Assembly (NCBI GenBank): GCA_016748015.1
Contig: JAAOMT010000778.1
Location: 128,945-192,944, forward strand
From: Geosiphon pyriformis uo1
Lineage: Eukaryota > Fungi > Glomeromycota
Direction of reading: 5' to 3'
DNA length: 64,000 nucleotides
Below, one piece after another: positions 1 through 15,199 of the stretch. The position numbers and the translations under genes are program-made. Each line of letters begins with the position of its first letter. Within the stretch, counting starts at the first letter, position 1. Under the pieces are notes generated by a model. It had not been told where the DNA came from. It did no database searches and saw only the letters and a list, made by a program, of their open reading frames with translations.

Positions 1-2301
<2,301 letters not shown>

Positions 2302-2449
2302 GGTTATGTTAAAAAGAGCGAGTTTTAGTTTACTGACACCCGAGCCTTTGACCGAGTCCTTAATTCAGTCCTCAACTTTATACGTCATGTATTACCTAAA
2401 TTTCATTTATAAATTTGAATTATTATATTATATTATAAATTATTTAGTC

Positions 2450-4560
2450 TTTTAACAATTTGACAGTGTTTTGAATTCAAGAATTCAGACAGTAAAAAAA
2501 CATAAACAACTATTTTTAGATATTATTAATTTTAAATATCAATAAACAAAAATTCAACATATTAAAAAATAATATTTTTAAGCAGATTTATGATTTTTAG
2601 GTTTAAAAAGTTAATATTTTATTAAAATACTTAGTATAATTAATTTTTTAAAAAAATAATAAAAATTATGAAAATAATAACATTAATTATTATTTTTAAT
2701 TAAAACATTTTATATTACTAAATAAAAAAAGGCTTATTTAATTCAAATAACAAAAATAATATTATATAATTAGTACATATTAAATTAAATTAAAAATAAT
2801 CGTTAAAAATCTTTTTTGGTTTTTATAATTATAATTTAAAAATTACAAAATTATGTTTTTAATCTTAAGTAAAAGTTTTTTATTTAAAGTATTTTTTAAA
2901 TAAATAAATAAAACTAATTTTAATATTATTACTATTATTACACAAAGTTTTAAGATTTTAACAACAAATTAATAACAAAACAACTTTTTTTTTAGTAAAT
3001 TTTTTTATTTTTGTTTAATAATTAAAAAAAAACTTCTTTTTTCTTAAAAATATCATTATTAATTTCTTTAAATACATAAAAATAATGGTTTTTTAATGTT
3101 TTTTAAAGCATATTTTTTAATTTAAAGAATATTTTTTTTTATAAAAAATAAAATATTGTTTTTTCAATTCTATTAGATTTTGGTTTAATAATTTTGATTA
3201 TTATTATATAAACAACCAAAAAAAACAAAATAACAAAAAACAATTTTTTTAATATTTTTTTATAAAAATAAAGCTGTTTTTTAGGTTTTATTAATTTTAT
3301 TGTGTTAATATTAATTATAATATTTAATTTTATTCTAATTGTAAACAATAATTCTTTTTTTTTAAACAAAAATAATAATATATTTGTTAAATTTAATTTA
3401 AATTAATTTTTAATCATATTAGTTAATATATAATTTTAATTAATTATATTATTAATTACTTAATTATTAAAATTAAACTAATAAAATAAAATCAAAACAT
3501 TTTTTTTTTGTTTTTTAAAAATATTATTGGTTTTAATAATATTTAAACAATTATTAGTTATTAAAGTTTTTTTAAAAAATAATTTTTATTTTAATACATA
3601 ATAATTTTTTTTTTATTAATTTTTTTAATAAGTATAATTTAATTATTATTTAATATATAAAAACAAATTAAGTATTTTCAATTAAATATAACTTATATAT
3701 TTATTATAATCAGTTATTTAAGTTAATTAAAATTATATTACATATTTATATATATTATAATATTACTATTTAAATTAAAAAAACAAACATATATTAATTA
3801 TATAATTTAAAACTTATTGTAAAAATTTTAATAATATTTAATATATATATTATATTATTAAAAAATTTATCTAATAAGTTATACAAATTATAAGATATTA
3901 ATTTAATATTATTAATTAAATTATTTTATTTTATAATAATTTTATATCTATATAATTATATCTATTTTTGTAATTTATAACTAATTACAATATAAATAGT
4001 TAATTTTAAGATAATAGTCTTAATATTTTTAAAAACTAAAAAAGTTTTTTCAAATCAAACTTTAAAAATAAACTTTTTATAAAAAGCAATATATAAATTA
4101 TTATTAAGAAAAAAATGTGTAAAATTAAAGCAAAACACTTATTAATAATTTTATATTATTATTAATATTTAATTTATATGTAAAAATATAATCAAAAACT
4201 TTACTTTTTTATAATACAAACACAAAATTTTTGGATATAAAAACATTTTTTGACTGTTATAAATAATTGTTTATAAACTATTTTTATCAAATAATATACA
4301 AATTAATTAAAAATTTGTTAGTAAATTTAAATAGCATATAAAAATTAACAATTATTTTATTATTAAATTTAATTTTTTATTAAGCATAATACATTATTTT
4401 GTAAATATTATGAATAAAATACCAAGTATTTTTAGAAACAATAAAACTATTTACTAATAAAAACTTTTTTAAATTAATACAAAAAAACAAAAAAACAGTT
4501 TTATTAGTTAAAATATTAACAATATTATATTTATAATATTAAAATAGTTTTTTATTTTAA
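2450..4560. other. Extremely AT-rich non-coding block, probably a fully eroded transposon
   Basis: Almost no G/C by eye and no credible ORF; lies between the CEF1 promoter and the LINE 5' end. Confidence 0.6.
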
Positions 4561-4706
4561 ATTAAATAACTTTTTTCTCTCATTCCTTTACAAATCCCAA
4601 AAAAGAGTCAAAAGTTTTTTGAAAGAAGTTTTTTACTATTCAGTACGATAAATCCAAACTGTTTCTGCTTGATTATGAGGCCGTTGTTGGCCCTAATATT
4701 GTTGTC

Positions 4707-6494
4707 ATGAAAAAGTCAGTTGAAAGTTCTGGCTTTGTGGGTGGTTTCAAGACTGTTCTGTCAAGGAAAAAGAGAAGAGGTGGTGTTCTTGAAGACAATA
4801 CTGGTGGTAAAGAGGGTTCTGCTAAGGTGCAAAGTGGTCATTCATGGAGTTCGGAGACTGGTGATACCACAGAATCTGACAGTGTTGATATGGAAGAGGA
4901 GTGTCTTGTAGAGGAAACAAGTTTCGATTATGGTGAAAGTGGTGCACTTGTTGGTGGAGATTTGGATTAAACGCTGAAAGATTCGTGAGTGACAACTAGA
5001 AAAGCATTGGGAAAGCCTTTGGGAAAGATCAACTTCCTGGATGGCAATGATAATGATGATGTTCTTCTGGATGCCCCTTTGGTGCTTCTCCCTCCTCTTA
5101 AGAACCTGGTCAATGTTTCTGTTAGAAAGTCATTTGCTTTGGATTTGGATCTGAAAGCAGTAGAAGGAAATTCGGCCCAAGAAAAGCTCAAAAAAATCAG
5201 AAGTTTATTTTCAGGAATCAATGGTTTTGGGAGGGCATCTACCCCCTCAAAATTATTAGGGATCATCAGAGCGACGTTCACTTCCGAATTGGGTCTAATG
5301 AAAGCCACTAAAAAGGCTACTGGTGCGAATATCATAGTAAATACCAATCTTAAGAGATCGGCTGGTCGCTCAGATTGGGCTGTGGTGTTGAAGAAAATTC
5401 CAGTTGGAACATCAGCTGAGGCTGTGCGCACTGCGCTCTTTGAGTTTGAGACAATTAAGTCAATTAAGATGCAATTGGTGGGGCTGTGGCAGAAGGCTGT
5501 GGTAGAATTTGAGCATTCAGACCACACCGATTTGGTCGCAGCAAAGTGGTCAATCTTAATCGAAAAGGATGCTGTACGGGTGGCTAGATCAGATTTGGAC
5601 AAAGTATCATGGGACACGAGAGATCAGCATAGAGCGCTGCTCTATACTCTGCCAATGGGAACGACTGCTCATGACATCTGGGATTTTATTGGTTCTGTGG
5701 GTGGGAAGATGTGTGTCATTGATCGTCATCCTATTACGTATGCTAGGGCTAGGTGTGCTGTTATCTGTTTTGATTCTGCTGAATCATTGAATGCCATTGT
5801 GGGAACCATGCCAGTGTTGAGGGGTGCCAATCTACACTGGTCTTGTCTTGTTTCAGCCAAGTATGCCAAGTGTGGGAAATCAGGTCATACGTCATTGGGC
5901 TGTGCAATTGGTGGAAGAGTTTCTTCAGGTTTGTCTTCGCGTAAAGTCCTGTCGGATACAGATAAAAGCAGATTGGCGGCCATCTATGCCAAGCGATCAG
6001 CTCCAGTTGCTTGTCCAGTCTCTTTTGGTGGTCTCTCTTGGGTAAAGATTGCTAGTGGGTCTTTTTTTCCTTCTTTCTCTGGACAAAATACTTCAGTGGA
6101 ATTTGGTTCCTCTTCAAAGATAGATCCGTCCCTGCCAGTTTTGATAAAAGTCAATGATAGGTTTGCTGCTCTTGAGTGCAGTCTTGCCAGCCTCATGGAG
6201 CAAGTAGGTAAGCTGGCTAAGAGGTTGGATGTACTTGGACCAACAGTTTCCCAGCCAAGCTTTAGATGTCAGCTGTTGGTGACCCCTTCATCACAGAATC
6301 AAGGGGCGGATGTAGTGATGAGTGAGAGTTTGGGTGCAGTCACTAGTGGTGAGATTGTTGTGGGAGCAGTGTCTTTCGATGTATCTTTGGTATCCAAGTT
6401 GGAAGACAGCATAAAGTGTCTGATAGAAACAGTTCTGGGACTTTCAGCCAAAGTGGACAGTTTTGGGGTGAGTTCAAATTCCTTTTCTTTTTAA
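4707..6494 (+). pseudogene. LINE ORF1 (gag-like nucleic-acid-binding protein)
   Basis: ORFs 4707-4970 and 4989-6494 are in one frame, broken by stops. Contains RRM-like segments and a degenerate zinc knuckle KYAKCGKSGHTSLGC. Confidence 0.85.
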
Positions 6495-9400
6495 TGAACA
6501 GTTTGGTTTGGAATTTTGCTACTTGCAATGTCAAAGGTATAAACAATCTTGTGAAACAGGACGATATCATTCATTGGCATATAGAGAAGAACAATTTAGT
6601 TTCTATTTTTACAGAATCAAAGTTAAGAGAGAAAATTCGCCCCTGGATTGTTAACAAATATGATGGTGTGCGGGTGTTTACCTCTGGTTTGGAATCTGGC
6701 TATCTGGGAGCTGGTGTCACTGTCATTATGAATTTTTTCTTGGCAAGACATGTGTGCAAAGTGTCAGAGGTGCCTGGTCGGCTCTTGTCCATTAAGTTAC
6801 TTTTCAAAAATAAACTTTCGGTGTCTATTCTGGGTCTGTATGCTGGTGCTTCCTCAGCAGTTCGGTTTTCTCAGGCTGGTGAAGTCAACTCTCTCATTGC
6901 AAAAGCTGTTAATGAATCTTCCTTCATTGTTCTCAGTGGCAATTTCAATGAAGATGGTTCTCACAGGTGTGCGAGTTTTAAAAAGTGTCTGGATTTGGGT
7001 CTGGTTAATGCCTTGGGTGGAAGCTCCTGTGGGAAATTGCCGACTTGGTCTAATTCTCAGGGCGTTGCTAAGACAATTAATTTTATGTTTGTTTCTTCAA
7101 ATCTGGTCAATGCAATTGTGGGTCGCAATGTGTTTGGCGTTGGGAAATACTTTGATACTGATCATCAGGCTGTCTCAGTGTTAGTGGGTTTGGGTGATCT
7201 GCTTGATGTTCAGTTGAATTCTGTTCGCAGACAAGCAAATAGGGATTGCTGGAAGTATGATTGCAAAGGTGCAGATGATGTTAAATGGGCCAAATTTAAG
7301 GAAGATACGGTGGCAAATGCTGCTGTATTTCATGACAATTTTCTTGCAGCCAGGGTTCTCTCAGACTTGGATTTGATGTGGGTTGCTCTCCGTAAAGTGA
7401 TGTGTCTGTCTGCTGAGGTGGTTTTCAGGAAAAAGTGGTTTAAGGAATATGATAAAATTTTTAACAAGGATTCATCCAAATTTCACAAGCTGGAGCTCTT
7501 GGTGTCTAAGTTAGTTAGAGCATTTCATATTGATTCTGCTGAGGAGTTTACATCTCTGCTCGACAGGTGGGAAGGTTTGGATTCAGTCAATGCTTCTGCA
7601 GTGAAGTCTCTCTTTCTATCAGGTTCCCACTTCAATGCTATTTGGTCAGTTTTGTATAAGGTCAAAAAGTTTTATCACGCATCCAAAATGTCAGAAGTGG
7701 AGCGAGTTAGGGAATCTCAAATCAGGTCAGCAATAGATAAGAGGATAAAGAGTTTCGAATTGGACAAAAGTCATATTATTAGGAGTGTATTGGAATGTCC
7801 TTTTCACAAAGTAACTTTGGATCATCTGGTTGTTGATGGTGAGTTGGTTTTGGAGCCTGCTCTGGTTAAGGCCAAAGTGGATGCAGTCATGGAGGGATAG
7901 ACTAGGAAGCGCGATGTAGTTTCTGATGTTACTGGTATCTGGAGTTGCCAATATTAGCCTTTAGAATATGTTTTTAACAACGCTTTTTCTGGTGTAATAA
8001 GCTTAATTGATTTTGATGAGATGTCTAGTGTCGTTTTGAACCTGCCTGATGGGAAAGCTGCTGGTCTCTCTAGTATCTCAAATAAGTTGTGGAAACATAG
8101 TGACAAATCGGTTTTGGACATGCTTTTAGTGCTTTTAAATGTTTGCTTGGAGTGTGAATCTGTTCCTGGGCCTTGGAAGAAGGCTTGGGTATCGATGATC
8201 CCCAAACCTTATGAATGGAAGAATGTTCTCACGAATACCCATCCTATTGCTTTGGTTAAAATGGCTCGCAAAATTCTTTCTAAAGTGCTTTTGGACAGAA
8301 TTTCTTTGGCTTGTAGTGTTTTTGATGTTCTGAGGGGAAATAATTTTTCTGTTTTAAAAGGCACAACCACACAGTCTCCCATTTTTGCTATTGGTTCGGT
8401 CGTTGAGGATGCTTTAGAGAAGAACTGAGAGCTGTGGCTGGTCTTGCAAAACATGCAAAAAGCTTATAATTCTGTTGGCTGGGAGCATCTGAGAAAGAGC
8501 TTGGTCAGAATAAAAATGTGTGACAAATTCATTCAGTTTTTTGGTAGCATCCACAATGATCGGGTCAACAGAGTTATGATGAATTTTGGGTTGACTGATG
8601 GATATCGGGTACATGATAGTTTAGATCAAGGGGAGGTGTTTTCTCCTCTTCTCTGGCGCATATTTTATGATCCCCTTTTGTGTGAGGTCAAGAGACAAAA
8701 AAGTGTATGTGGATATAGGTTAGACTCTTGTTTTGTTGCCAACACTGGCCGCATTGAATCTTGGGCTGGTTTGACTTCTTTCCTTGCTGCTGGTGCTTTC
8801 GTCGACGATACAATTTGGATTGGTAGCAGCCAGGCTGCCACCCAACATATTCTCAATGTTACTAGTGAGTTTTTTCAGGTCAATGACATTTCGATCAATA
8901 ATGACAAAATGGTGGCCATTTCCATTAATTGCAAAGTTTCCAGCCCTCGTTTGTTGATCAGTGGTTTGCCTATTTTGATAGCCAAAAGGGGAGAGCCTCA
9001 TTGGTACCTGGGTATCTTTCTGTCTACTGAAGGTTTGTCGAAGCCTAGCTTGGCTAAGGCATACTTAGATGTCCAGTTTTTCACCAATCTTGTTCTGAGA
9101 AAGGCCATCTCTGATAAGCAGTTCTCGTATTTGGTGTCAGCGGTTCTTCACTCCATAATTGCCTACAGGACTCAATTTAGTTTTGTTTCTATTAGTGTGT
9201 GTGCGAAATGGGACACTTTGATTTGTAAAGGTTTGAAGTCCAAATCTGGCCTGCCGCTCGACTTTCCCAATGATGCTATTCATCATCCTTCTCTGTACGG
9301 GTTGAAATCTTTTGAACAGGTCCAGGCTGAAAGCAAGTCAGCTGCTGTTGTTTGTTTTGCCAATTCTGTGGGTATTTTGGGCCACCTGTTTGTGCATAGG

Positions 9401-11165
9401 TCTCATGATTTACAGGTTCTCAACTGGTGCCCTCGTCACTCCCTGCTTTTCCCTTCTTATATTAATATCAGTCCTTTGAATAACTTTTTGGCTGGTGTTG
9501 TCTGGATTTTTTTGGGTTGCAATCTTTCTCTGAGTGGTCTCATAACCAAAGCTTTTTGTTTTTAAAAAGGGACCCCAATGTCTATTGTTCTTGACGAGTT
9601 AGCTTTTTATAAATGTGTCTCTTCGCTTCGGCAATATGGAATTGTCTTTGTTGAGCAGCTTTGCGATCGAACTGGTTCTGTTTTCAAATGGAGGACTTTT
9701 AAGTGGTGAAAGAGACTGGACCCTTAGGGCCCGATTCCTGATTGGTTTAATGCTGCTGTTCACTTTTTGTCTGGTTCTGGATCATCTCCCGTTTGTTCTC
9801 TTTTGTCACTGAATGTTGACTCATCTGACGTACTTGTGTCTTGCGAGTTTGATGTTGTTTGCAATCGCTTATTGGAGATTGATTCCAATTGTCTTTCTTT
9901 GTTTACAGATGGTTCTCTGTGTGGGCTGGGTACTCTTGGTATAAAGACTGGCACTGCTGTTTTTTTTGAGGACATTGATTTGGGTTTGGGTGTGGAAGTT
10001 TCTGGTTTGGTTTCTTCTACCATGATGGAGCTGCAGGCCATTGCTTTGGCTCTCGAGTGTGTCCCTTCTTCTCATTCGGTTAATCTGTTTTCGGACAGCC
10101 AGGCCGCTTTGGATGCATGCAGGTCAGAGTTAATATTAGGGCGTCCAGATTTCAGGAATCAGTGTTGGGTTGAACACCGCCATATTTCTAATGTCATTTG
10201 TCGCAAAAATTTGGATGTTAATTGGATTAAAGTTAAGGGTCACTCTGGAGTCTTAGGCAATGAGCATGCTGACACTTTGGCTAAGGCTGCAGTGTCTTCT
10301 GGTGTGCATCTTCCTCACAAGATCGATGAACATTTTCTCAAGGCTGGAGGTACTGTGGTTTCTGGTAATTCTAGACATTTTGTTTGTGGTGTTTTCTGCT
10401 TTATTCACCGTGCACATTGAGAGGTTGGTTCTGGTTCTCGGGTATTGGTGGACAGCCTGCGTGCTGATGTTGATTGGTCCAGATCGTGTTCGGTGTGGCA
10501 TCCAGACTCTCATTTGGCCGCTGGCTTCACTAGTGCTCGTACTGCTGGTTCTCGGACGTATTTTATGAAGGCATTGCATCATCATCTTCCTGTTGCTGTG
10601 CATAAGTGACTTTACAATAAGGGGTATCTCAGTGTGTTGTGTTTGTTCTGTGGCAATGTTGAGATTTCAGATCATGTGTTTTCATGCCCATTCGATGCTG
10701 GTGATTGTGCTTGGTTGATGAATGCTCATGCATCTGTTTGGGAGATGCATTCAGATTTATCTCACTCGACTTTATGTGTTTCACAGTTCCGATGCTGTTG
10801 TTAGTACGGCTATATGTAAGAGCTTTGTATTCAATAAGTGGTATTGTGAATCTTTTTCTGTTTTCAAGGATGCTAAAACGGCAGCTCAGAATATCGTGGC
10901 ATTTGTGCGCAAATTCTGTCTTGCATTCCGAGATGATATTTGGCTGGTACGTGCGAAGCACAGAGCTGTTATGAAAAAGGGTGGCCTGATTCCATGTGAT
11001 GGTTCTATTCCTGTCTCGATTTCTGGTCTTTCTTCAGTGCTCTCATCCAGTGTGGTTAGATTGTTGGGTATGGCTGATGCATTTAGTATTGGTTTTGGGT
11101 TTCATGAATCTAGTTTATTCTTTTCTGGTGTAGGTAAATTGGTCTCAGTGCGTATAGGTGTCTAG
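6494..11165 (+). pseudogene. LINE ORF2: APE endonuclease, reverse transcriptase, RNase H, C-terminal CCHC
   Basis: Endonuclease: NFATCNVKGIN, SGNFN, TDHQAV. RT: HPIALV, QGEVFSPLLW, AFVDDTIW. RNase H: FTDGS, ELQAIALAL, FSDSQAAL, WIKVKGHSGVLGNEHADTLAK. CCHC: CLFCGNVEISDHVFSC near 10640. Several premature stops. Confidence 0.93.
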
Positions 11166-11529
11166 TGTTGTCCTGACTAGTCTGAATGGCTGGTCACATG
11201 TAGAAAGAGCATGATTCATGCCTAGTTTAAATTACTTGTATGATATATTGTACTAGGTAGTGTTTGGACCTCATTCGTTAAAATAAATAAATAAAAAAAA
11301 ATTAAATAACATAAATAATTTTAGTATAAATAATATTTATAATTTGTTTTTTTTTATTCAATAATAATTATAAAAATCTAATATTATTAAAATAAGGCTA
11401 AAAATATATTTATTAAGAACAGTTTAATTATTAAAATAAATTACAATTGTATAAATTTTAATATATACTTAAAAAAAACTTTAATCAATTTTTTTTGTCA
11501 ATCTCTTGATCATGACGAGAGTAAAAATT

Positions 11530-12184
11530 TATTGAAGAATTAACAACCTCTTTTTTTCTTTTTCTTTCACCTTTTCATAATTATTTCTTCTAATACACCT
11601 GTTTTAGTTGTCATAGAACCAGTAGGCTCTTCTACTGGTGGTTTTGGTTTGGGTTTGGCTGGTTTGGAGACCCACCCACATACTAAAAAGAAATGTGTAA
11701 AGAGCATCTACTCTTGTATTACATTATATAAAAAGCCAAAAAAACCTAATGCTAGTGGTGTTTTGGTCAACTTGTCTATTGGCCCTCTGATATTAGAAGA
11801 TATTGGTATTTCTGGTAATAAGCCTACTGTATTCTGGGGAAGTGAAGTTGGCAGTATTGCTAATAGTATAAGTGATTTCTCAGATATTGAGAATATGGTG
11901 AACATAGTTGTCAAAAAAATGAGCTACATTGAATTAAATGAGAATGACAATATAAATAATGCTATGTTGAGAAAAACTTGCATTTAAATATATGTGTTGG
12001 GCAATCCTCTGAAGGCTCCAACATTTGACATTATAAGCAATGATAAAAATGTGCTGGGTCTTCTGTCTCCAAAGTTTAATGGTTTCAATCAGCTGCCATC
12101 TGTTAAGTCATATGTTCTGAAGAAACATAGCTTTAAACCAGTCAAATTGTTTGCATTGAATGTTGAGTTGTCTGCTGTGCCTGG
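11530..12184 (+). mobile_element. 5' fragment of a second, divergent LINE (ORF1 start), cut by an LTR insertion
   Basis: EPVGSSTGG...KLFALNVELSAVPG aligns with the first LINE ORF1 (KSFALDLDLKAVEG). Homology stops exactly at TGTTACA 12185. Confidence 0.75.
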
Positions 12185-13071
12185 TGTTACAGTTTAAGAA
12201 TTTAGCAAAAGAATCATAAAAATAATATAAACTATTCAATCATAATATAGTGCAGTAATAATCTTAGAAAAGTAATGATTAATATAGTAGCAAACACCAT
12301 CTCGCAATAGTGGCAAGCACCAGTTTACAATAGCAGCCAACACCAACTGGTGATAGCAGCAAACACCAGATTGAAATATCAAAAAGAAAGTATTACAATG
12401 TGTTTTCTCATAGAACTACAAACATGTATATATACAGTAGCTTAAATATTGAGAAAAGTCAATCAAGTAATAAAAATCATAACTTATCAAGCAATAGATC
12501 CAATTTATCCAACAAACTCCACTTTAAATCATATCTTTAAATAGTACCTTTAAATTAAATATCCCAAGAAACCTTTAAATCAAAAAGAAATGAAAAAAAA
12601 TATTTAAAACTGAATTATCACAACCCCAAAGTAGTAAGAAACTCACTTGTGTTAATTATTGAATGAAACTATCATTCATCAGTTGAATTCCTTGGAAGAA
12701 TAATTCCTGATCAAGATTATTCACATTGTTACTAATTGATAAAAGCTTTATTGTGAGAATTAAGAAAAGTGCTAAAGACTATTAATATTCTGTGTTTCTA
12801 GATTAGAGAAACACATCAGGCAATTGCAAAGATAGCCTCAGAGAAGACCCCAAACAGTGGGTAGATTTCAGTTCAGCTTCTGAAAAGGAGTACATAAACA
12901 CACACAACAATCAGGAATTGAGAAATAACTTACATTGCAACATTAAAGAGAAAGCCTTCAATATAACAGTAATATTATCACACAAATAGAATTAAGAAAT
13001 TCACAAAAGACTGATTGCAATTAAAACGGGATATCAGCAATTAAATATACCAAGAAAACCATCCCATAACA
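12185..13071 (+). repeat. 5' LTR of gypsy family C
   Basis: TGTTAC...CATAACA termini, followed by TT and the PBS-like TGGTAAACCCTACGAGG (13074-13090), then gag. No partner LTR in the window. Confidence 0.75.
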
Positions 13072-13152
13072 TTTGGTAAACCCTACGAGGAAAGGAAATC
13101 AAAAAAAAATAATAATTAACAATAATTCATTGCTAAAAAGGAAGAAACAAAA

Positions 13153-15110
13153 GTGGCAACAAAAACCCCTACTCTTACTGTTCTTGAATTCTGTCATGCT
13201 ATTTACACACAAAATCAAAGTAATCTTGAATTACCAGAAGGGTGTTGTCTAGCAGAATTTGCCTTCACTTATTATATCAATGCCAGAATAAATTATCATA
13301 TAAGAAAGGAAGAAGAACCACACAATGCAAAACTTGGATTGTATAGAGAATTATCACAATACACTACAAAGGAAGTAGCAGTAATAGTCGCAACTATTGT
13401 CAAAATCTATCAAGAAATTGAGCAATATGCCAATGAAAATTTTTCAATATCCATAGGAAACACTAAGAAATGCACCAACAAAACCAAAGAAAATTTAGAA
13501 ACTAATCAGAAAAGTAACCAGCAAAAACTAGGAACATCTGCTCAAACACCAAAGAAAACTGTTACTCAATCAATAAAGAAACAATGTATTTATTCACCAG
13601 AAGATAAATCATACCATTTTTCACCAGAAAATAAGATACAAATTCCATTAGAAGCTGCATTATCATTAACATCAATTCCACAAATGCCAAGAACTCTTAG
13701 TTATACTGATAAAATTAAACAACATAACTGGGAAGACATACCAATTACAAGAAGATATTTATCACTATTCCAAAACCCTTTTTTTCAGCCAAAATTTGGA
13801 ATGGAGTTTGAAAACCATAAAGAGGAGTCTAAATCGGAATCTGAAAAAGAGACCAGTAAAAAAACAATTATAAGACTGGTCACTGGAACAAGCAGTTAGT
13901 CCAGAAACCAAGAAACTTATGATCAAAAGAAAGAACCAGATATAAGGGAAGCCACTTTTAGGAATGCTCAAAGAAATATCATCCCACCTCTTCTTAGACC
14001 AATAAGCCCACCAGCAGAAAACAGTGACAAAATGGCCACATCATACATTACAAGACTAACAGATTTCTCAGGAGAGAAAGAAGAAATGGATGTGTACATA
14101 TGGCTCAGAGAAGCACAAAAAGCCATTCAGGCAAATAACTGGAACAATCAAAGAGCAATTCAAACATTACCTTTCTTCCTGAAAGGCATAGCCGACTTGT
14201 GGTATCAAAGCCTAGAAACAAAACTCACAAGCTTCGCCAAATTTAAAAATGCACTCTTAGAGTATTTTAGTAATCCAAATGCCATAATTCAACTACAAAA
14301 CAAATTCAATACTATCAAGCAAAATACTGATGAAACTGTTACTCAATACTTTGCTTAATTCAATTGAATTTGCCATCAAATTGAAGCAATTGAACAAGGA
14401 TACTACACTGATTCTCAGGTTTTAAATCAGTTTATTAGAGGATTAAAAAGCAGCATTTTAGGAAAAGTATGCCCTGCCCACCCTAATTTCTTATTAGAAG
14501 CCGTTACACTTGCCAAAGCTCTTGAATCAGCTGAGAAAGAAGCTAACCATAGTCAAATGGTTAACATGGTAATGGAAGAAAATAAGACAAAAACATTAAA
14601 AAAAAGAGTAATGCAATTAGGGGAGAAACTCTCTAAGAAAATAGAAAGTTATCTCATCCCAGATCCAAGAAGAAATACATACCAACCACTCCAAAGATAC
14701 AGCCAGGAAGTCAGCAACAGTCAAAATAATTACTTGTTGTGCCAGGAATTCAGAACAGAAATGCATGCCTGCTATTTTTGCAAATGCATAGGACATTTGA
14801 TTAATCAATGTCGAATGCAAATGATACAGAAAGCACATGAAAATAATTATTACATGCCACCTCAAATGCCCAGAAACCAGTACATACCAATACCATGCCA
14901 ATATTTTACCACATATCAAAATCAAGAAACTTACTAGCAACAGTCCATGATAGCCAACCCAAATTGGTGTCTCAAGCCCCAAAATTAGCCCATGTAGAAC
15001 CAGAACGTATTGGTCCAGAGAAATCCAAACTGCGCTAAAACCAGTTAGCAAACCAATCCAAACTACCAAAATTATCAACAAACTTATCTTAATATGGTTA
15101 ATCATCAGGT
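13153..15110 (+). pseudogene. Gypsy family C gag (N-terminal domain, capsid, CCHC knuckle); pol missing
   Basis: RLTDFSGEKEEMDVYIWLREAQKAIQANNW (retrotrans_gag-like) and CYFCKCIGHLINQC. Confidence 0.85.
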
Positions 15111-15199
15111 TAATAACTAGATTAATAATTACTATCTAAAAATATGATGGCTAATTATATGACATTAGGAGCTAATACATATGATAACTAATAAAAAGT

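Larger units (their letters stand above)
4570..11301 (+). mobile_element. Near full-length non-LTR retrotransposon (LINE) with ORF1 and ORF2 (EN-RT-RNase H-CCHC), inactivated by point mutations
   Basis: Two long ORFs, a short 3' UTR and an A-rich tail (AAAATAAATAAATAAAAAAAAA, ~11280-11301). The 5' boundary is approximate. Confidence 0.93.

Noticed and set aside
3139-3369. Short I/K/F/N-rich ORFs in AT-rich tracts (also 16634-16828 and 18836-19063)
   Set aside because: These are compositional artefacts of eroded DNA or LTR microsatellite.
4967-5617. Long antisense ORFs over LINE, gypsy and GCN1 coding regions
   Set aside because: These are shadow ORFs of coding sequence with no recognisable motifs.
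7898-10620. Alternative genetic code or stop-codon readthrough in TE ORFs
   Set aside because: The stops are of all three types, fall at Trp/Gln/Arg codons and differ between copies. Host genes use the standard code.
2450-11301. Mucor-type centromere (AT-rich core beside a LINE)
   Set aside because: No diagnostic motif is recognisable, and eroded AT-rich blocks recur throughout the window. It cannot be supported from sequence alone.
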